A stretch of 64,000 nucleotides of DNA from Squalus acanthias (GCA_030390025.1 CM059451.1:21204001-21268000); one strand, 5' to 3'. Positions 38,501-50,050 are shown, counted from the first letter of the stretch. The notes: a model not told the origin generated them from the sequence alone. Program-made: numbers and translations.

Positions 38501-40354
38501 TTTTGTCTCACTTTCTGCATGGCTTTCAGAAAGTGAGACGAAAGCCCTCATGGGGAACGGGAGAGTTTTGCCATCTCCAAAGAGGGACCTGGGTGTCCTT
38601 GTACACAAATTACTGAAAGTTAATATGCAGATACAGCAAGCAATTAGGAAAGCAAATGGTATGTTAGCCTTTATTACAAAAGGATTGGAGTAGAAGAATA
38701 AACAAGTCTTACTGCAATTATACAGGGCCTTGGTGAGACCACACCTGGAGTACTGTGTACAGTTTTGGTCTCCTTACCTAAGGAAGGATATACTTGCCTT
38801 AGAAGGGAGTGCAACAAAGGTTCACCAGACTGATTCCTGGGATAGGGGTATTGTCCTATGAGGATAGATTTGAGTAGACTAGGCCTATATTCTCTAGAGT
38901 TTAGAAGAATGAGAGGTGATCTCATTGAAACAGACAAAATTCTTAAGGGGCTTGAAGGGGTAGATGCTGGGAGGATGTTTCCCCTGGCTGGGGAGCCTAG
39001 AACCAGGGGCCATTTAGGACTGATGAAGAGAAATTTCTTCACTCAAAGGGTTATGAATCTACCCCAGAGGGCTGTGGACGGCCAGTCGTTGAGTATATTC
39101 AAGACAGAGATTAATAGATTTTTGAATATTAAGGGAATCAAGGGATATGGGGATAGTGCAGGAAAGTGGAGTTGAGGTAGAAGATCAGCCATGATCTTAT
39201 TGAATGGCGGAGCAGGCTCAAAGGACCGAATGGCCGACTTCTGCTCCTATTTCTTATTCTTGTGTTCTTAAAATGCAGACTCCATTTTAATCTTTTTCAA
39301 ATGACCATAATGAGTGAAACAAACATGCTAGCTTTGGTTCTAACTTTTTAGCTGGTTTCCAGTTTTGGACTATATGTTCAGTTAGTTGTGTTGTCACCGT
39401 TCAACAATAATCTGTACATGCCTCATCAAAGTATTTTTGTATTTTTTTTTCCACAGAGCCTGCATAACTGGCCCAAATTAAAATCTGTTTCTGGTGCTAA
39501 AGGAGCCACCCTTGGTTCTGGGCACAAACCTGTGTCACCACTTCTTTAAAACAGGGCTGCCTTTCATCCTTCTTTAAAATTTGGATAGCTTTGCAAAACT
39601 TTCCAGTTATGTACACCATCACCCATTGGACAGATGGGTGTGTTGCAAGAGTCTAACTGGAGGGGGCAGTTGATTTTTGTTCCGAGCCTTTTTTATTTTA
39701 TTCGTTCCTGGGATGTGGGCGTCGCTGGCAAGGCCAGCATTTATTGCCCATCCCAAGTTGCCCTTGAGAAGGTGGTGGTGAGCCTCCTTCTTGAACCGCT
39801 GCAGTCCGTGTGGTGAAGGTACTCCCACAGTGCTGTTAGGGAGGGAGTTCCAGGATTTGGACCCAGCGACGAAGGAATGGCGATATATTTCCAAGTCAGG
39901 ATGGTGTTCCCATGCGCCTGCTGCCCTTGTCCTTCTAGGTGGAAGAGGTCGCGGGTTTGAGAGCTGCTGTCGAAGAATCCTTGGCGAGTTGCTGCAGTGC
40001 ATCTCGTAGATGGTACACACTGCAGCCACGGTACGCCAATGGTGGAGGGAGTGAATGTTTAAGGTGGTGGATGGGGTGCTAGTCAAGCGAGCTGCTTTGT
40101 CCTGGATGGTGTTGAGCTTCTTGAGTGTTGTTGGAGCTGCACTCATCCTTTCAGATTTGTTTGCAGCCCTAAAACTGATCGCAGAAACTTTTAAATTGGT
40201 ATTATCTTGGATTCTAACTCTGCATATTTCTGCCCCACAGCACTTTGTCCCAATCGAGCTGGCCCCTTGCATAACCAGCCAGAAGTGTCTCCAACAATTT
40301 CTGGTGTCGGTTCATGAGCAAACAAGTCCTGCCCTGTGGGTGGCGCAATTATGA
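8966..40354 (+). CDS. TROAP: Tastin (trophinin-associated protein) ortholog, 14 coding exons, about 794 aa
   Basis: GT-AG exons join in phase except at exon 5/6. Blocks match recalled human tastin: [18 protein letters not shown] ~ EFVADPAALATILSGEGV; [10 protein letters not shown] ~ EQVAVRLFDQ; [13 protein letters not shown] ~ RIGILQQLLRQEV; [22 protein letters not shown] ~ CFHEARLDDE..CTNPVATLLEWQ; HFVPI ~ CFIPV. Confidence 0.9.
9500..10066. repeat. ~80-bp inverted repeat (9500-9580 and 9986-10066)
   Basis: aagacaaccaactgatgtggggaagca..tcattattttgtatcactacacaaa and its reverse complement. Confidence 0.8.
9657..10558. mobile_element. Old inverted pair of Penelope-like termini (9657-9800 and 10420-10558)
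   Basis: Arms related to the 32.4-kb element (gacctgctg..tttccagc..ttttctgtttt); degenerate hammerhead CAGTT-CTGAAGA..GAAAAGTT-GACTG at 10467-10504. Confidence 0.55.
11711..11909 (+). CDS. TROAP: TROAP exon 2 (KEN box, [15 protein letters not shown])
   Basis: Acceptor ttcttggcag, donor AAG|GTAAAG, open frame, phase 2 to 0. Confidence 0.85.
12360..12760 (+). mobile_element. Deu-domain SINE
   Basis: Family head, core and tail, with internal deletions. Confidence 0.85.
14010..14230 (-). mobile_element. Old SINE-like repeat (related copies ~23965-24330 +, ~42590-42850 -, ~47735-48010 -)
   Basis: Shared degenerate motifs (tagggaggggaaaa, ttccagcagg, gctgagttagc). Confidence 0.45.
14641..14984 (+). 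CDS. TROAP: TROAP exon 3 ([17 protein letters not shown]...)
   Basis: Acceptor cattttag, donor GCA|GTAAGT, 344 nt open, phase 0 to 2. Confidence 0.85.
15003..15060 (+). repeat. (TC)n microsatellite
   Basis: About 29 perfect TC units, 18 nt downstream of exon 3. Confidence 0.95.
15906..16048 (+). CDS. TROAP: TROAP exon 4
   Basis: Acceptor ctgtctctag, donor CAG|GTACTT, phase 2 to 1. Confidence 0.8.
16634..17232. mobile_element. MITE, probably Harbinger-derived
   Basis: Termini GGGGGAAATTTTAA / TTAAAATTCCGGCC; GC-rich subterminal repeats. Confidence 0.6.
18160..18313. mobile_element. hAT MITE with 8-bp TSD
   Basis: TIRs CAATGTTCCCT / AGGGAACGTTG; TSD GCTATCAG / GCCATCAG. Confidence 0.8.
19312..19707 (+). 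mobile_element. Deu-domain SINE (3'-truncated)
   Basis: Family head and core. Confidence 0.85.
21009..21173 (+). CDS. TROAP: TROAP exon 5 ([18 protein letters not shown]...GKLSLA); 3' end is 21173 or 21187
   Basis: Acceptor ttgtag; conserved tastin block; donor ambiguous (see findings). Confidence 0.85.
22320..22497 (+). mobile_element. Deu-domain SINE 3' half
   Basis: cagattatctggtcattatcacattgc...ggcgctatataaatgcaagt. Confidence 0.8.
25513..25603 (+). CDS. TROAP: TROAP exon 6 (MGRSSYMPC...WGRASCI)
   Basis: Long pyrimidine tract + tag; donor AAG|GTAAGC; resembles human RASAYL..PARASCF. Confidence 0.8.
26449..27274. mobile_element. MITE, probably Harbinger-derived
   Basis: TIRs GGGGGTGATTTTGCCA / TGGCAAAATCGCTCCC. 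Confidence 0.65.
28312..28439 (+). CDS. TROAP: TROAP exon 7
   Basis: Acceptor ttccctttcag, donor TTG|GTCTGT, phase 1 to 0. Confidence 0.7.
30199..30286 (+). CDS. TROAP: TROAP exon 8
   Basis: Acceptor (ct)n-tcag, donor AAG|GTAGGT, phase 0 to 1. Confidence 0.75.
30295..30455 (-). mobile_element. Deu-domain SINE 3' part
   Basis: Reverse-complement tail starting 9 nt after the exon 8 end. Confidence 0.8.
30483..31088 (+). mobile_element. 5'-truncated, internally deleted CR1-group LINE
   Basis: [27 protein letters not shown]; same family as 46342-47710. Confidence 0.9.
31345..31790 (-). mobile_element. L2-type LINE fragment
   Basis: Overlaps the L2 at 50700-50826 in sequence (gagttttggat..ggaggccggccaggagagcgttggaatag). 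Confidence 0.7.
32074..32198 (+). CDS. TROAP: TROAP exon 9 (..[13 protein letters not shown])
   Basis: Acceptor ctctttcag, donor GTG|GTCAGT; resembles human GRAQRVPSPGPP. Confidence 0.75.
32475..32511 (-). ncRNA. Minimal hammerhead ribozyme motif (mirror copy)
   Basis: Reverse complement AGUU-CUGACGA-A-AGGU..GCCU-GAAA-CG-UU-AACU. Confidence 0.6.
32523..32559 (+). ncRNA. Minimal hammerhead ribozyme motif
   Basis: AGUU-CUGACGA-A-AGGUC(AUC)GGCCU-GAAA-CG-UU-AACU; palindromic AACGUU stem III. Confidence 0.65.
33420..33605 (+). mobile_element. CR1 3' fragment
   Basis: [13 protein letters not shown] and tail. Confidence 0.75.
33887..33994 (+). CDS. TROAP: TROAP exon 10 (..DGDYLPM)
   Basis: Acceptor ttcctacag, donor ATG|GTGGGT, 108 nt, phase 0 to 0; end resembles human DPALPW. 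Confidence 0.75.
34697..34846 (+). CDS. TROAP: TROAP exon 11 ([13 protein letters not shown]...)
   Basis: Acceptor ctattttag, donor AAG|GTACAA, 150 nt. Confidence 0.85.
35330..35495. mobile_element. hAT MITE, same family as 18160-18313, opposite orientation
   Basis: TIRs CAACGTTCCC / GGGAGCATTG; TSD GTATGCAT / GTATTCAT. Confidence 0.8.
35612..36065 (+). CDS. TROAP: TROAP exon 12 ([16 protein letters not shown]...)
   Basis: Acceptor ttttacag, donor GAG|GTGAGC; coincides with ORF 35594-36124. Confidence 0.9.
36161..36472 (+). mobile_element. HE1-like V-SINE
   Basis: tRNA head, V-domain tgtgtggagtttgcacattctccccgtgtctgcgtgggtttcc..ctccggtttcctcccacagtccaaaga, CR1-like tail. Confidence 0.85.
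36928..37280 (-). mobile_element. Degenerate Deu-domain SINE
   Basis: Diverged reverse-complement copy. Confidence 0.6.
37335..37860 (+). mobile_element. CR1 LINE 3' fragment
   Basis: [22 protein letters not shown] motif. Confidence 0.85.
38089..38294 (+). CDS. TROAP: TROAP exon 13 ([25 protein letters not shown])
   Basis: Acceptor cctccag, donor ATG|GTGAGT; conserved tastin C-terminal block. Confidence 0.92.
38578..39270 (+). mobile_element. CR1 LINE 3' fragment
   Basis: [32 protein letters not shown] motifs. Confidence 0.9.
39690..40147 (-). mobile_element. CR1-group LINE 3' fragment, ~95 nt before the last TROAP exon
   Basis: [21 protein letters not shown] on the minus strand. Confidence 0.9.
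40241..40354 (+). CDS. TROAP: TROAP terminal coding exon (HFVPIELAP...AQL*)
   Basis: Acceptor tgccccacag, phase 0, TGA at 40352-40354, followed by a repeat-poor AT-rich 3'UTR. Confidence 0.85.
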   Translation, partial: HFVPIELAPCITSQKCLQQFLVSVHEQTSPALWVAQL

Positions 40355-42106
40355 AGTTTGGTATTTTCTTTCTTTTTCATCATCTGTATCACTGCCTCTA
40401 ATTCTGGTGAGGAGACTGGTTTAGTTGCAGAAATGTGAAGTTGTGGACACTTCAAGAGCTTGATTGACTATGCTTGTTGGGTACATTAACAGTAAATGTC
40501 CATGGCGATTCCTTACTAAAACAGAAAATCCATGCCGTCTATGTAATACGCAAGCTGTTGCACATTTTGTGATCAATCAACTATATAAACTACCTAATTA
40601 GCACAAGTATCCTAGTGGCATAACACTTTTCCTGTTGTCTTATAAACAATCTCTTTCATCACTGTAAATTGTCTAATATTCAAAATACATTCTCCATTTC
40701 ATCAGAAATGATGCCCTCTCTGTCATGAAGACTTTCATTTTTGATCGTGTGAGTTCCAGCATCAATTTCTTTTTGTCCTGCTATCCCTTTAAAGGTCTCC
40801 AGCTTAAAAACTACAGAATTGACTTTACTCCAAGTGCCTGAGCTCTTGTACTTAACACTAACACTCTTTAACCAGTTGGTTCAGATCTTTTTGTGGGGCT
40901 TTGCTTTCTAAAATTTGTAATATGAAAAGGACATGATTATAAATGTTGCTGTAATTTTTTTTGGAGTTGCTTGTTTTAATATCACAGGGCTCCTGCAGTT
41001 TCACAATCTTTACATCAGTTAATTGAAATGTTCCCTGTAAACAGAAGGCAGAGGTGGCAGGAACTTTACTGTCACGTAATAGATATTGCCAGTTTTCTAA
41101 CTGAAGACCTGAAGCATATATTGGATCATGTGACTGGTCCTGCAGTATAAGGACAAGCTTTTTTTTTCTAACTGTCCCAAAGATGTAGGTATTTATCTGT
41201 TGTAAGCTGGATTGTTGGCCAAGTGTAAAATAACCTGTTGACAGTAGAGTTCCCAAAATCATTTAAAGATTTGATTCAGATTCTACCAGGAGTGTTCAAC
41301 TTTTAAGATCTAACCAGAGTTCATCTGCAATAATTTGTCTTTAATGGCACCACCAAACCATGTTTTCAAATTTAAAAGAATACAGCACCCGTTCTACATT
41401 GTTTGGTGTAGCTGCAAGCTTCTACAGGGCATCATATTTGCATCAGTGCTAATCCTCATTATGGAAATGTGGCCTGATACAAATCTAGTGATGTCTTCTT
41501 GGTTTCCTGTTCCCATTGAAAGAAACATCAAAACACTCTCTCTTGTCTGCCGGGATTCAGTTTTAATACTTCTGACAGAATTTCAGTTATCAGTTTACTG
41601 ATGAGCAAGTGACCTGGTAATTTGGATGTCAGTAAAACTGTTCCAGTACACTTTTTAAATGGAAAATATTCAGGTCTTGACTCTGAGTGCCCGGCTAGGA
41701 GCTTAATTTAAATTGTTTTCTTTTGTCCCTGTTTTAGAACCATACAAGTTACAAAACAAATTGAAGCTTCGCTTAATTATTTTAAACTTTAAATACTTTC
41801 TGTAAATTAACCATTCCAATCTCTTATCTTCTGCTTTTGACTTTAATCTTTGCCTTACAGGGGAAACTACACCGTAGCCTGACTATTGTAGGATTTTTTT
41901 TCATTTCTTAATTGAAAAATTCAGATTTTCCATTAAAGTTATAATACCTTACTGTAAATGTCTCAACTAAATCCGGCAAAGTCTCTTAAAAGTTTATCCT
42001 TTCATCTTTAAACACCTCATGACTGCCTTTAGTCCATTATGGTTACACTAGTCCCTTAAGCGTTTTTGTATGTCTTGTACATTTTTGTATATGTATGTAC
42101 GATGCA

Positions 42107-42150
42107 AATAAAGCTTTACTGCAACTATCTTTGAGTGTTTATTTTGAAAT
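42107..42150 (+). terminator. TROAP polyadenylation signal
   Basis: AATAAA at 42107-42112, several upstream TGTA motifs, downstream T/GT-rich tract. Confidence 0.65.
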
Positions 42151-42855
42151 GGATGTATTTAACAAAGAACACAAAGTGAAACCTGATTTACATTCTTGCC
42201 CCTGTACCCATCAACAGTCACCCAGACAATCACACCTCATTAACCATTTACACAGAAGCATTGCCACTGGCTGAGAGATGGTTATTCTCTGCTCCTCTCA
42301 GTGGGGAGGAGGCCTAAAGAGAAATAGCTTTAATATGGGTCCAAAAAAACCCCAAAAGAACAGAGCAGAGCACAGCAAAATCAGTCAATCTATGCAAACT
42401 AACAGCAAATGAGCACCACTCCACACTGAACTAACTGTAGCCACCAAAAAATGAACATAAACATCAGACTTTTCAGAAGTTCAATCTTTTCAGGAACAGA
42501 AATAAAATTCACTCAAAATACTGATATTGGGCCCACTCAAATAAATGGGGAAATTCTAATATTCTCTCCAGAAGGTGCTGACTTTTGCTGGGGATCCCTG
42601 GCATTCAGCACCTCGCCCAAGTGGTCATTGTTGAAGTGTGACTCTCGACAGTAAATGTTGGTGGGTTATTTGGCTATGGGAGGTTTCACAGCTGAACCCA
42701 GTTGCACTCTCGCCTGAACTCCACACGTGCTCTTTCCAGCAAGAGTCAATGGCTAGTAATCACGGAACGGTAACACTGGCTGGGGGACAACACAGGCCAA
42801 TATGGTGGTCCCAGCTGCAACTAATTCAACACAAAACAGCAATCAAGCCTGGGTG

Positions 42856-43043
42856 AATCTTTTATTCAAACCAATAATACAAATTACATAGTAAAACCAT
42901 TACATTCATCCATCAAAATACAGTACAAATACCCCCAAACAATACCACACTTTTTTTTTATATTAAAATAATACATCTCACTTAACTCCACATAAAACAA
43001 CCCATTTCAACACCACAGTGTACAAACACATAGCACCATCATA
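42856..43043 (-). mobile_element. Short retro-insertion with 11-bp TSD
   Basis: AAGCCTGGGTG at 42845-42855 and 43044-43054; minus strand GT-rich, ending near AATAAA. Confidence 0.55.
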
Positions 43044-45464
43044 AAGCCTGGGTGTAGGACTCCGTTCAAACTGGGTCATCAGGGAGCCCGGATTAAACGG
43101 AACTCCTTAACTCGCATCAGTTCAAGCAAAACCCCTCATTACTGCACCGACAGGACAGAGTTCCATTGTATAACACGATATATGTTTACAGTATGGCTCA
43201 TGTGGAGCATAGACCTGTTGGGCTGACTGCCCTGTTTCTGTGCTGTAAATGCTATGTAATCCTGTCTCCTGGCTCTCTGACCTACTGCATCTTAGGGTAA
43301 ATTCTTGTGTGCATTGCTTGTGCTGTAATTTCAAGTCCCTTTGGTAAAAGCAGGAAAACTAAAGAAAGATACCCAATCAGTGACAGCCCAAGGGTATGAA
43401 TTTCAAACAGATGGTATCCTTGGCCGTTTCCAAGGTCATGAATGATTGTTAAATCCTTTTTGCGTAGGTAGATTGTATTTCAAGAATGAGGAAGACCAAT
43501 CATCAGTAGATGGCTAACATTCCCCCTCTTGCCTGTGCAACATGCATTAGGGTTTCATTTAACCTCCAACCAATTTTTTCCCCTCCTAAATAAACAAAAT
43601 TTTATAGTAGTTCTCGACCTAAATTAATTGTAATTCTAAATCATGTGCTGCCGGGACTTGTCTCTTCATCTTGGTGAGGTCTGTCGACGCTTTGTATCTA
43701 GTAAACGTGGATCATTTTACATAGGAATCGTCCACGCACTAATTACGATCTCTACACGTTTTGAAATGAAACGGGAAGCTGGGTTGCCAGAAGATGGTGC
43801 TGTTCACAATCTCTTTTTTACTCTCTGGTCTCTGCCCTGCTTCTGTCTTTTTTTACAACCTGGATGTTGCCAACATCCAAGCTTTTTCAATGTTCAATAA
43901 TTGGTATAAGTGGTGTGTGTATATAATCCGAGAAACTGTCTAACAGAAACTTGCTTTAATTATTCACATGAGAATATGATTGTAAAGGGTGGCTAATATT
44001 TTAATGATTCACTTTTAAATGATTAGATTAAAACATTTTTAAAAGGTGTATCTATCTATCTCAACATTACCGCCTTATGGCTTTGTGCGCCTGGGAAGAG
44101 GATTAGCCATTTACTGCAGAATAACTTCTGCTTTGTGTTGTAGATTAGAGATTTATAATCCCCTGGGTCCATCGTACGAATTTGTGCAGATATGCTTCTA
44201 CAGTCCAGAAACCTGATGCTGGAATACACTGACAACTCACGGCCATTTGTTGCACATTTTATCATTAACCGTTTGCAGTAACATTATATGGGGCTTGAAA
44301 TTGTACTGTGAGGTCATGGGTGTGACACCATTAAACTGTTTGTTTTAGCAGAGGCATTTACCAATTTTTGAGAGATTTCAGACTAACACATTATCCCACA
44401 GTGTCATTTCAACTACCATGGTGTATTAATTACACAAATAATCTTTGCACCCAAGAATAAGGTTGAAAAAGAAACACAAAAGTAACTATGCCTGTATTAA
44501 GCTGCAATATATGCACTGGATTTTATGATTAAGATATTTAATAAATAGAATGTTAGACCATTAACTTCTGTAACAAGACTTTCACATTTGTGAAAACTTC
44601 CTTCTATTTGTTATGACACTAACGATGGTGCTTAATACTGTACCTTAGTGTCTGTCTTACTTTACCAGCAAAGCAACAATAGAACTACTGTTGAGGTGAC
44701 TGTGACCATCCAGGACTACACTTTTTTCTGCAACACACGGTCCAAATATTCTGGAGAGGTTGGATCAACTGCGTTGTCCCATAAATGCTCTGGAATCCCA
44801 TCACAGCTACATTGTGAATCCATATCGTTGGTAGGAAAATATTGGTCGCGTTCAGTGAGAAATGAGTGGTTGTGTTGCAATGCTGGGTTCTAACTCCTCC
44901 ACTTGTTGCCTGTGGTGTATTATTTATAGCCAGCCAGTACCAATGGAACGTCTGTATACAACAGGTGTCCTGTGTTGCTGGGGCCACCAGAGGCCTTTTT
45001 AAAAAAAAATGAAAGATGCACCTCTGAGGGGCGATCAATTTGCCTTCGCCTACTGACACCTTGTGGCAGACCTGGCAGAGTCCAGATGTTTTTTGCTGGT
45101 TTAGAGGAAGATGGTCCTTTTAAGCAACTTTAGGTGCCAGAGTCCTGCAGCAGCAGAGATTTTCCACCCCCAGCACAGGCAGAAACCCTCCAAACTATTT
45201 AAATTAAGATTACTCCAGGAAATTTGGGGTCAGCAGCACGACTATGGATTTTTCCATTTGTTGTTTGGTGATGGGGTTTACCTAAAGTTTCAGTAGGAGA
45301 TAATTGCTTAGACTGGAAAATTGGTTCTGTCGATGTAGAAAGTAGCATCTATGCAGGGGAAGCATGCTTGATTTCACTCAGATTTTTGTCTTTAACAGTT
45401 ATCTAGTGGATGTCCTCAAGAGTTTTGTTCTTCTTGATGATGACACCACCTTCTACAGTGCAAT

Positions 45465-45795
45465 TAGAATCATAGAACAGTACAGCACAGAAGGAGGCCA
45501 TTCAGCCCATCGAGTCTGTGCCGGCTCTTTAGAAGAGCAATCCAGTCAGTCCCACGCTCTTGCTCTTTCTCCATATCCCTGCAATTGTTTCTCCTTCAAG
45601 TATTTATCCAACTCCCTTTTGAAGGCTGCTATTGAATCTGTTTCCACCGCCCTATCAAGCAGTACATTCCAAATCCTCTGGTTCTTTTGCCAATCACCTT
45701 AAATCTGTGCCCTCTGGTTAATGACCCTTCAGCCATTGGAAACAGTTTCTCTTTATTTATTTACTCTATCTAAACCCTTCATGATTTTAAACACT
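45465..45795 (-). mobile_element. CR1 3' fragment
   Basis: tagaatcatagaacagtacagcacagaaggaggccattc tail in reverse. Confidence 0.75.
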
Positions 45796-46341
45796 TAACT
45801 CCTCATCAGAAAGAAAAGTGAGAACCTTTTTTGAGTGTAGACCCTTTGTCAAAAACCAGTCATGGCCATAGTTGACCGGAAATAGTGGCAGAAAACTAGG
45901 AAATCTTAAGCAAGCTTGGCCCTACTTGTCACTGTTGGTAACTTAAGTGTTCTACAAAACCCTCCCACAGCTCTAAAGCACCACTCCCAGATTCTCTCCA
46001 CTGCCCCCTCAAAGCATTGCTCCCAGTTTCTGCCCTCTTCTCCTCCATTGCCATCCCTATCCCCTCAGCACTGCTTTTACCTCAGTCTTGCTGGGAAGTG
46101 ATTCCAGCTGCTGCATAGGCAGGAACTCCTGTTCTCATGAGAACTCTAGCCCACGGTATACAGTGGCCAGATCCACTTCCAGTAGCAGCAGAACTTCCAT
46201 ACGAGTGGCACGCTGATTCTTGTCCGCAAATTCTGAAACACTGACTAGACCCCCCAGTCAAAGAAGTGGGGAGAGAATCCAGAATGAGATCATGTGGCCT
46301 GTAAGGAATAGTACCAATCACAAACCCAATTTTTGTAGTTA

Positions 46342-47710
46342 CAATGTGGAAAACTGCCCAGGTATGTCCTGGCCACAAAAAGCAGGACAAATCCAATCCG
46401 GCCAATTACCGCCCCATCAGTCTACTCTCAATCATCAGCAAAGTGATGGAAGGTGTCATCGACACTGCTATCAAGCGGCACTTACTCACCAATAATCTGC
46501 TCACTGATGCCCAGTTTGGGTTCCGCCAAGACCACTCGGCTGCCGACCTCATTACAGCCTTGGTCCAAACATGGACAAAGGAGCTGAATTCCAGAGGTGA
46601 GGTGAGAGTGACTGCGCTTGACATCAAGGCAGCATTTGACCAAGTGTGGCATCAAGGAGCCCTAGTAAAACTGAAGTCAATGGGAATCGGGGGGAAAACT
46701 CTCCACTGGTTGGAGTCATACCTAGCACAAAGGAAGATGGTTGTGGAGATTGAAGGTCAATCATCACAGCCCCAGGACATCGCTGCAGGAGTTCCTCAGG
46801 GCAGTGTCCTAGGCCCAACCATCTTCAGCTGCTTCATCAATGACCTTCCCTCCAACATAGATAATGAAGCATTCCATGCCCGCATGCAACAAGACCTGGA
46901 CGACGTTCAGGCTTAGGCTGATAAGTGGCAGGTAACTTTCGCGCCACAGACGTGCCAGGCAATGACTATCTCCAACAAGCGAGAGTCTAAACACCGCCCC
47001 TTGACATTCAATGGCATTACCATCGCCGAATCCCCCACCATCAACATCCTGGGGGGTCACCATTGACCAGAAACTGAACTGGACCAGCCACATAAATACT
47101 GTGGCAACAAGAGCAGGTCAGAGGCTGGGTATTCTGCAGCGAGTGTCTCACCTCCTGACTCTCCAAAGCCTTTCCACCATCTACAAGGCACAAGTAAGGA
47201 GTGTGATGGAATACTCTCCACTTGCCTGGATGAGTGCAGCTCCAACAATACTCAAGAAGCTCGATACCATCCAGGACAAAGCAGCCCGCTTGATTGGCAC
47301 CCCCTCTACCACCTTAAACATTCACTCACTCCACCACCGGCATAATGTGGCTGCAGTGTGTACCATCTACAAGATGCACTGCAGCAACTCGCCAAGGCTT
47401 CTTTGGCAGCACCTCCCAAACCCGCGACCTCTTCCACCTAGAAGGACAAGGGCAGCAGACTCATGGGAACACCACCACTTCCAAGTTCCCCTCCAAGTCA
47501 CACATCATCCTGACTTAGAAGTATATTGCCGATCCTTCATCGTCGCTGGGTCAAAATCCTGGAACTCCCTACCTAACAGCACTGTGGGAGTACCTTCACC
47601 ACACGGACTGCAGCGGTTCAAGGCAGCAGCTCACCACCACCTTCTCAAGGGCAACTAGGGATGGGCAATAAATGCTGGCCTTGCCAGCAACACCCACATC
47701 CCATAAAAAA
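46342..47710 (+). mobile_element. CR1-group LINE ORF2 (RT) 3' part, inactive
   Basis: NYRPISLLS, QFGFR, LDIKAAFD, GVPQGSVLGP; the xADD segment is missing near 46858; stop at 46914; frameshift near 47051. Confidence 0.92.
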
Positions 47711-49671
47711 CAATTTTTTTTTAAAAAAGTGCATATTCAGGAATAGGCTGCCAACAATCACTGGACAGTGAGTGCTGGCAAATGATTTAACCATGGAGAT
47801 TTCACAGCCGTGTCCAATTCTATTCTTGCCCAACATCCACACATGGACTTCCCAGCAGGGTCACTGGATAGGGATCAGGAATAGGAATTATAGCTGACGT
47901 TTCCCTTGGGGCACAGAAGCCACTTGTACACTTTCACTGCAGATCAGATGAGATGAGCTATCTCAGCACAGAGCAGGATCAAATGTGAGACTTCCCTGGT
48001 CGGTATTACTGAGGGACACAGATTACAGAGGCTGATTTCAGTTCCAAGTTGAGCTTACTTTGGGAAGCAATTTGGAATTAAATAAATCAAATTTTGCAGT
48101 CACGCGTAAATTGAGAAAATGTCTGGCGGTTGGGAATCTGTAGAGCAGCACTGTCACATGTCTGGAACACATGCTGCTCGTTAATTCTCTTCCTGTCTCT
48201 GACAAGTGGTTCATGACAGAAACAGCTGTTAATCGAATAATGAATAAATAAAACAAATGTAAAGAAAGTGAAGCCAGGCTTTCCATAGAAATCAGGTCCT
48301 TAGATAAACACTCATATTTGTGAGTAATTATCTGGAGAACCTGCATAATGTTGAAAATGAATGCGAGTGCCTGGGGAACAATGCGATTTTTCTCTCCTCT
48401 CCCACCATTTCATTGCTTCTCATGCACTTCCCCATGTCATCTGTTACATTTTCCTCCCAGTTTTCTCCCCGCTGTACTGACTCTTGCTGGGTATGGTTCA
48501 ATAGATGCTAGTGTCTCACCCAAGTGGCCATTCTTTATGCGTGGGACTAGTCAGTGAATTCAACGAGTCCAACGCCAAACTACCTCCTCTAGGCATCTCA
48601 TGCTATGTGCCTAAATTTCATTGACACCTCAGTGTCGATGCAAAGTTGAAACAGCTTTGAATTGATGCAAAATGTGTAATATAACTCAGCCTATATGCTA
48701 GGTGTGTTTCATAACGGAAGCCTATGAAACAGTCCTAGTGTTGAGGGTTTGACTATCCCTCACTGTTAACACGTTGACTTTGGCAGCAATTTTGTGCAAC
48801 CTAGGAGTGCTCCAATGACATGGAGGTCAGCACACTGGACAAAATGTTGATTTTGATACAATGTGACAAGTGGCACATGGCACGATTTGGGAAACATTCT
48901 CTGAGTCCTTTCTTTTGTTCGAATCTGTTTGAACACGCAGCTTATCAATTGTTTGATTTTTCTCTGGCAGTCAGCAAACTAGATTGAAAAAAAATTAAAA
49001 TGCAGTGGACTTTCAGCAAAGAGAGAGAAAAAAAATTCCAGAATTCAGAGCTGTCAGAACAATGGGGATGAGCCACAGTGTCAGGGGAGAGTGGATGTGT
49101 CAGGATTTAGCTGATGTGTTACTTATTTTGCTTTTCTTTTTGTTCTGTTTGCAAAAGGGGGATAAACACAGAGTTTATCAAGAGGTGGTCAAAAACAGTG
49201 GGATTTTGCTGATCTTGTTCATGCTGGAACTCAAAGCCCAGCCAGCACAGCAGATCTGGGAGTGATAGCTTCTGTTCATTGTTCATATTGGTAGCCTTGC
49301 ATTTCAGATGCTGATGCTGAGAATCACAGCTCCATGACAACAGTCAGCACATCACGTAACTATGGAAGCAGCATAGGCATCAGTAAAGACGCAGCTTTAT
49401 ATTATAGCCACCTTTAGAAGATTGTAAAGTACGGCCCCATCTCTTTTAAGGTGAACAAATCTTGGCTTCTGCATTTTTCAGGTCCTGCGTCACGAGGCAA
49501 TCACGGTAGCCAATGCACAAAATGCTAGACTCCTGCGGTCTGTGTTCTAAGGGCGAGTGTAGTTTTAGATACAACCCATGAAGGTAGGTAGTTCCACCCC
49601 GAGAGCTTGTTCTCGAGGTTTCCTTCTGCACTTCAGAACCATAAAAACATGAGTCGAGAGGAGGATCGAGA

Positions 49672-49904
49672 GAACATAAGAACATAAGACGTAGGAGCAG
49701 GAGTCGGTCATTCGGCCCCTCGAGCCTGCTCCGCCATTCAATAAGATCATGGCTGATCTGATCTTGGCCTCAACTCCACTTCCCTGCCCGCTCCCCATAA
49801 CCCTTGACTCCCTTATCATTCAAAAATCTGTCTATCTCCACCTTAAATATATTCAATGACCCAGCCTACCACAGCTCTCTGGGGAAGAGAATTCCAAAGA
49901 TTCA
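49672..49904 (-). mobile_element. CR1 3' fragment
   Basis: Reverse complement of the tail family at 1-142. Confidence 0.85.
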
Positions 49905-50050
49905 CAAAGGGATGATGGTGCAAGGTAAAAGGGGGTGGTAATTGACAAATAAAGAAACAAAAGATGGCTCTGAAATGTTAACTCTGTTTCTCTCTCCACA
50001 GATGCTGCCTGACCTGCTGAGTATTTCCAGCATTTTCTGTTTATACTTTA
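49905..50050. mobile_element. Penelope-like terminal fragment (same family as 32.4 kb)
   Basis: gaaatgttaactctgtttctctctccacagatgctgcctgacctgctgagtatttccagcattttctgttt. Confidence 0.6.
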
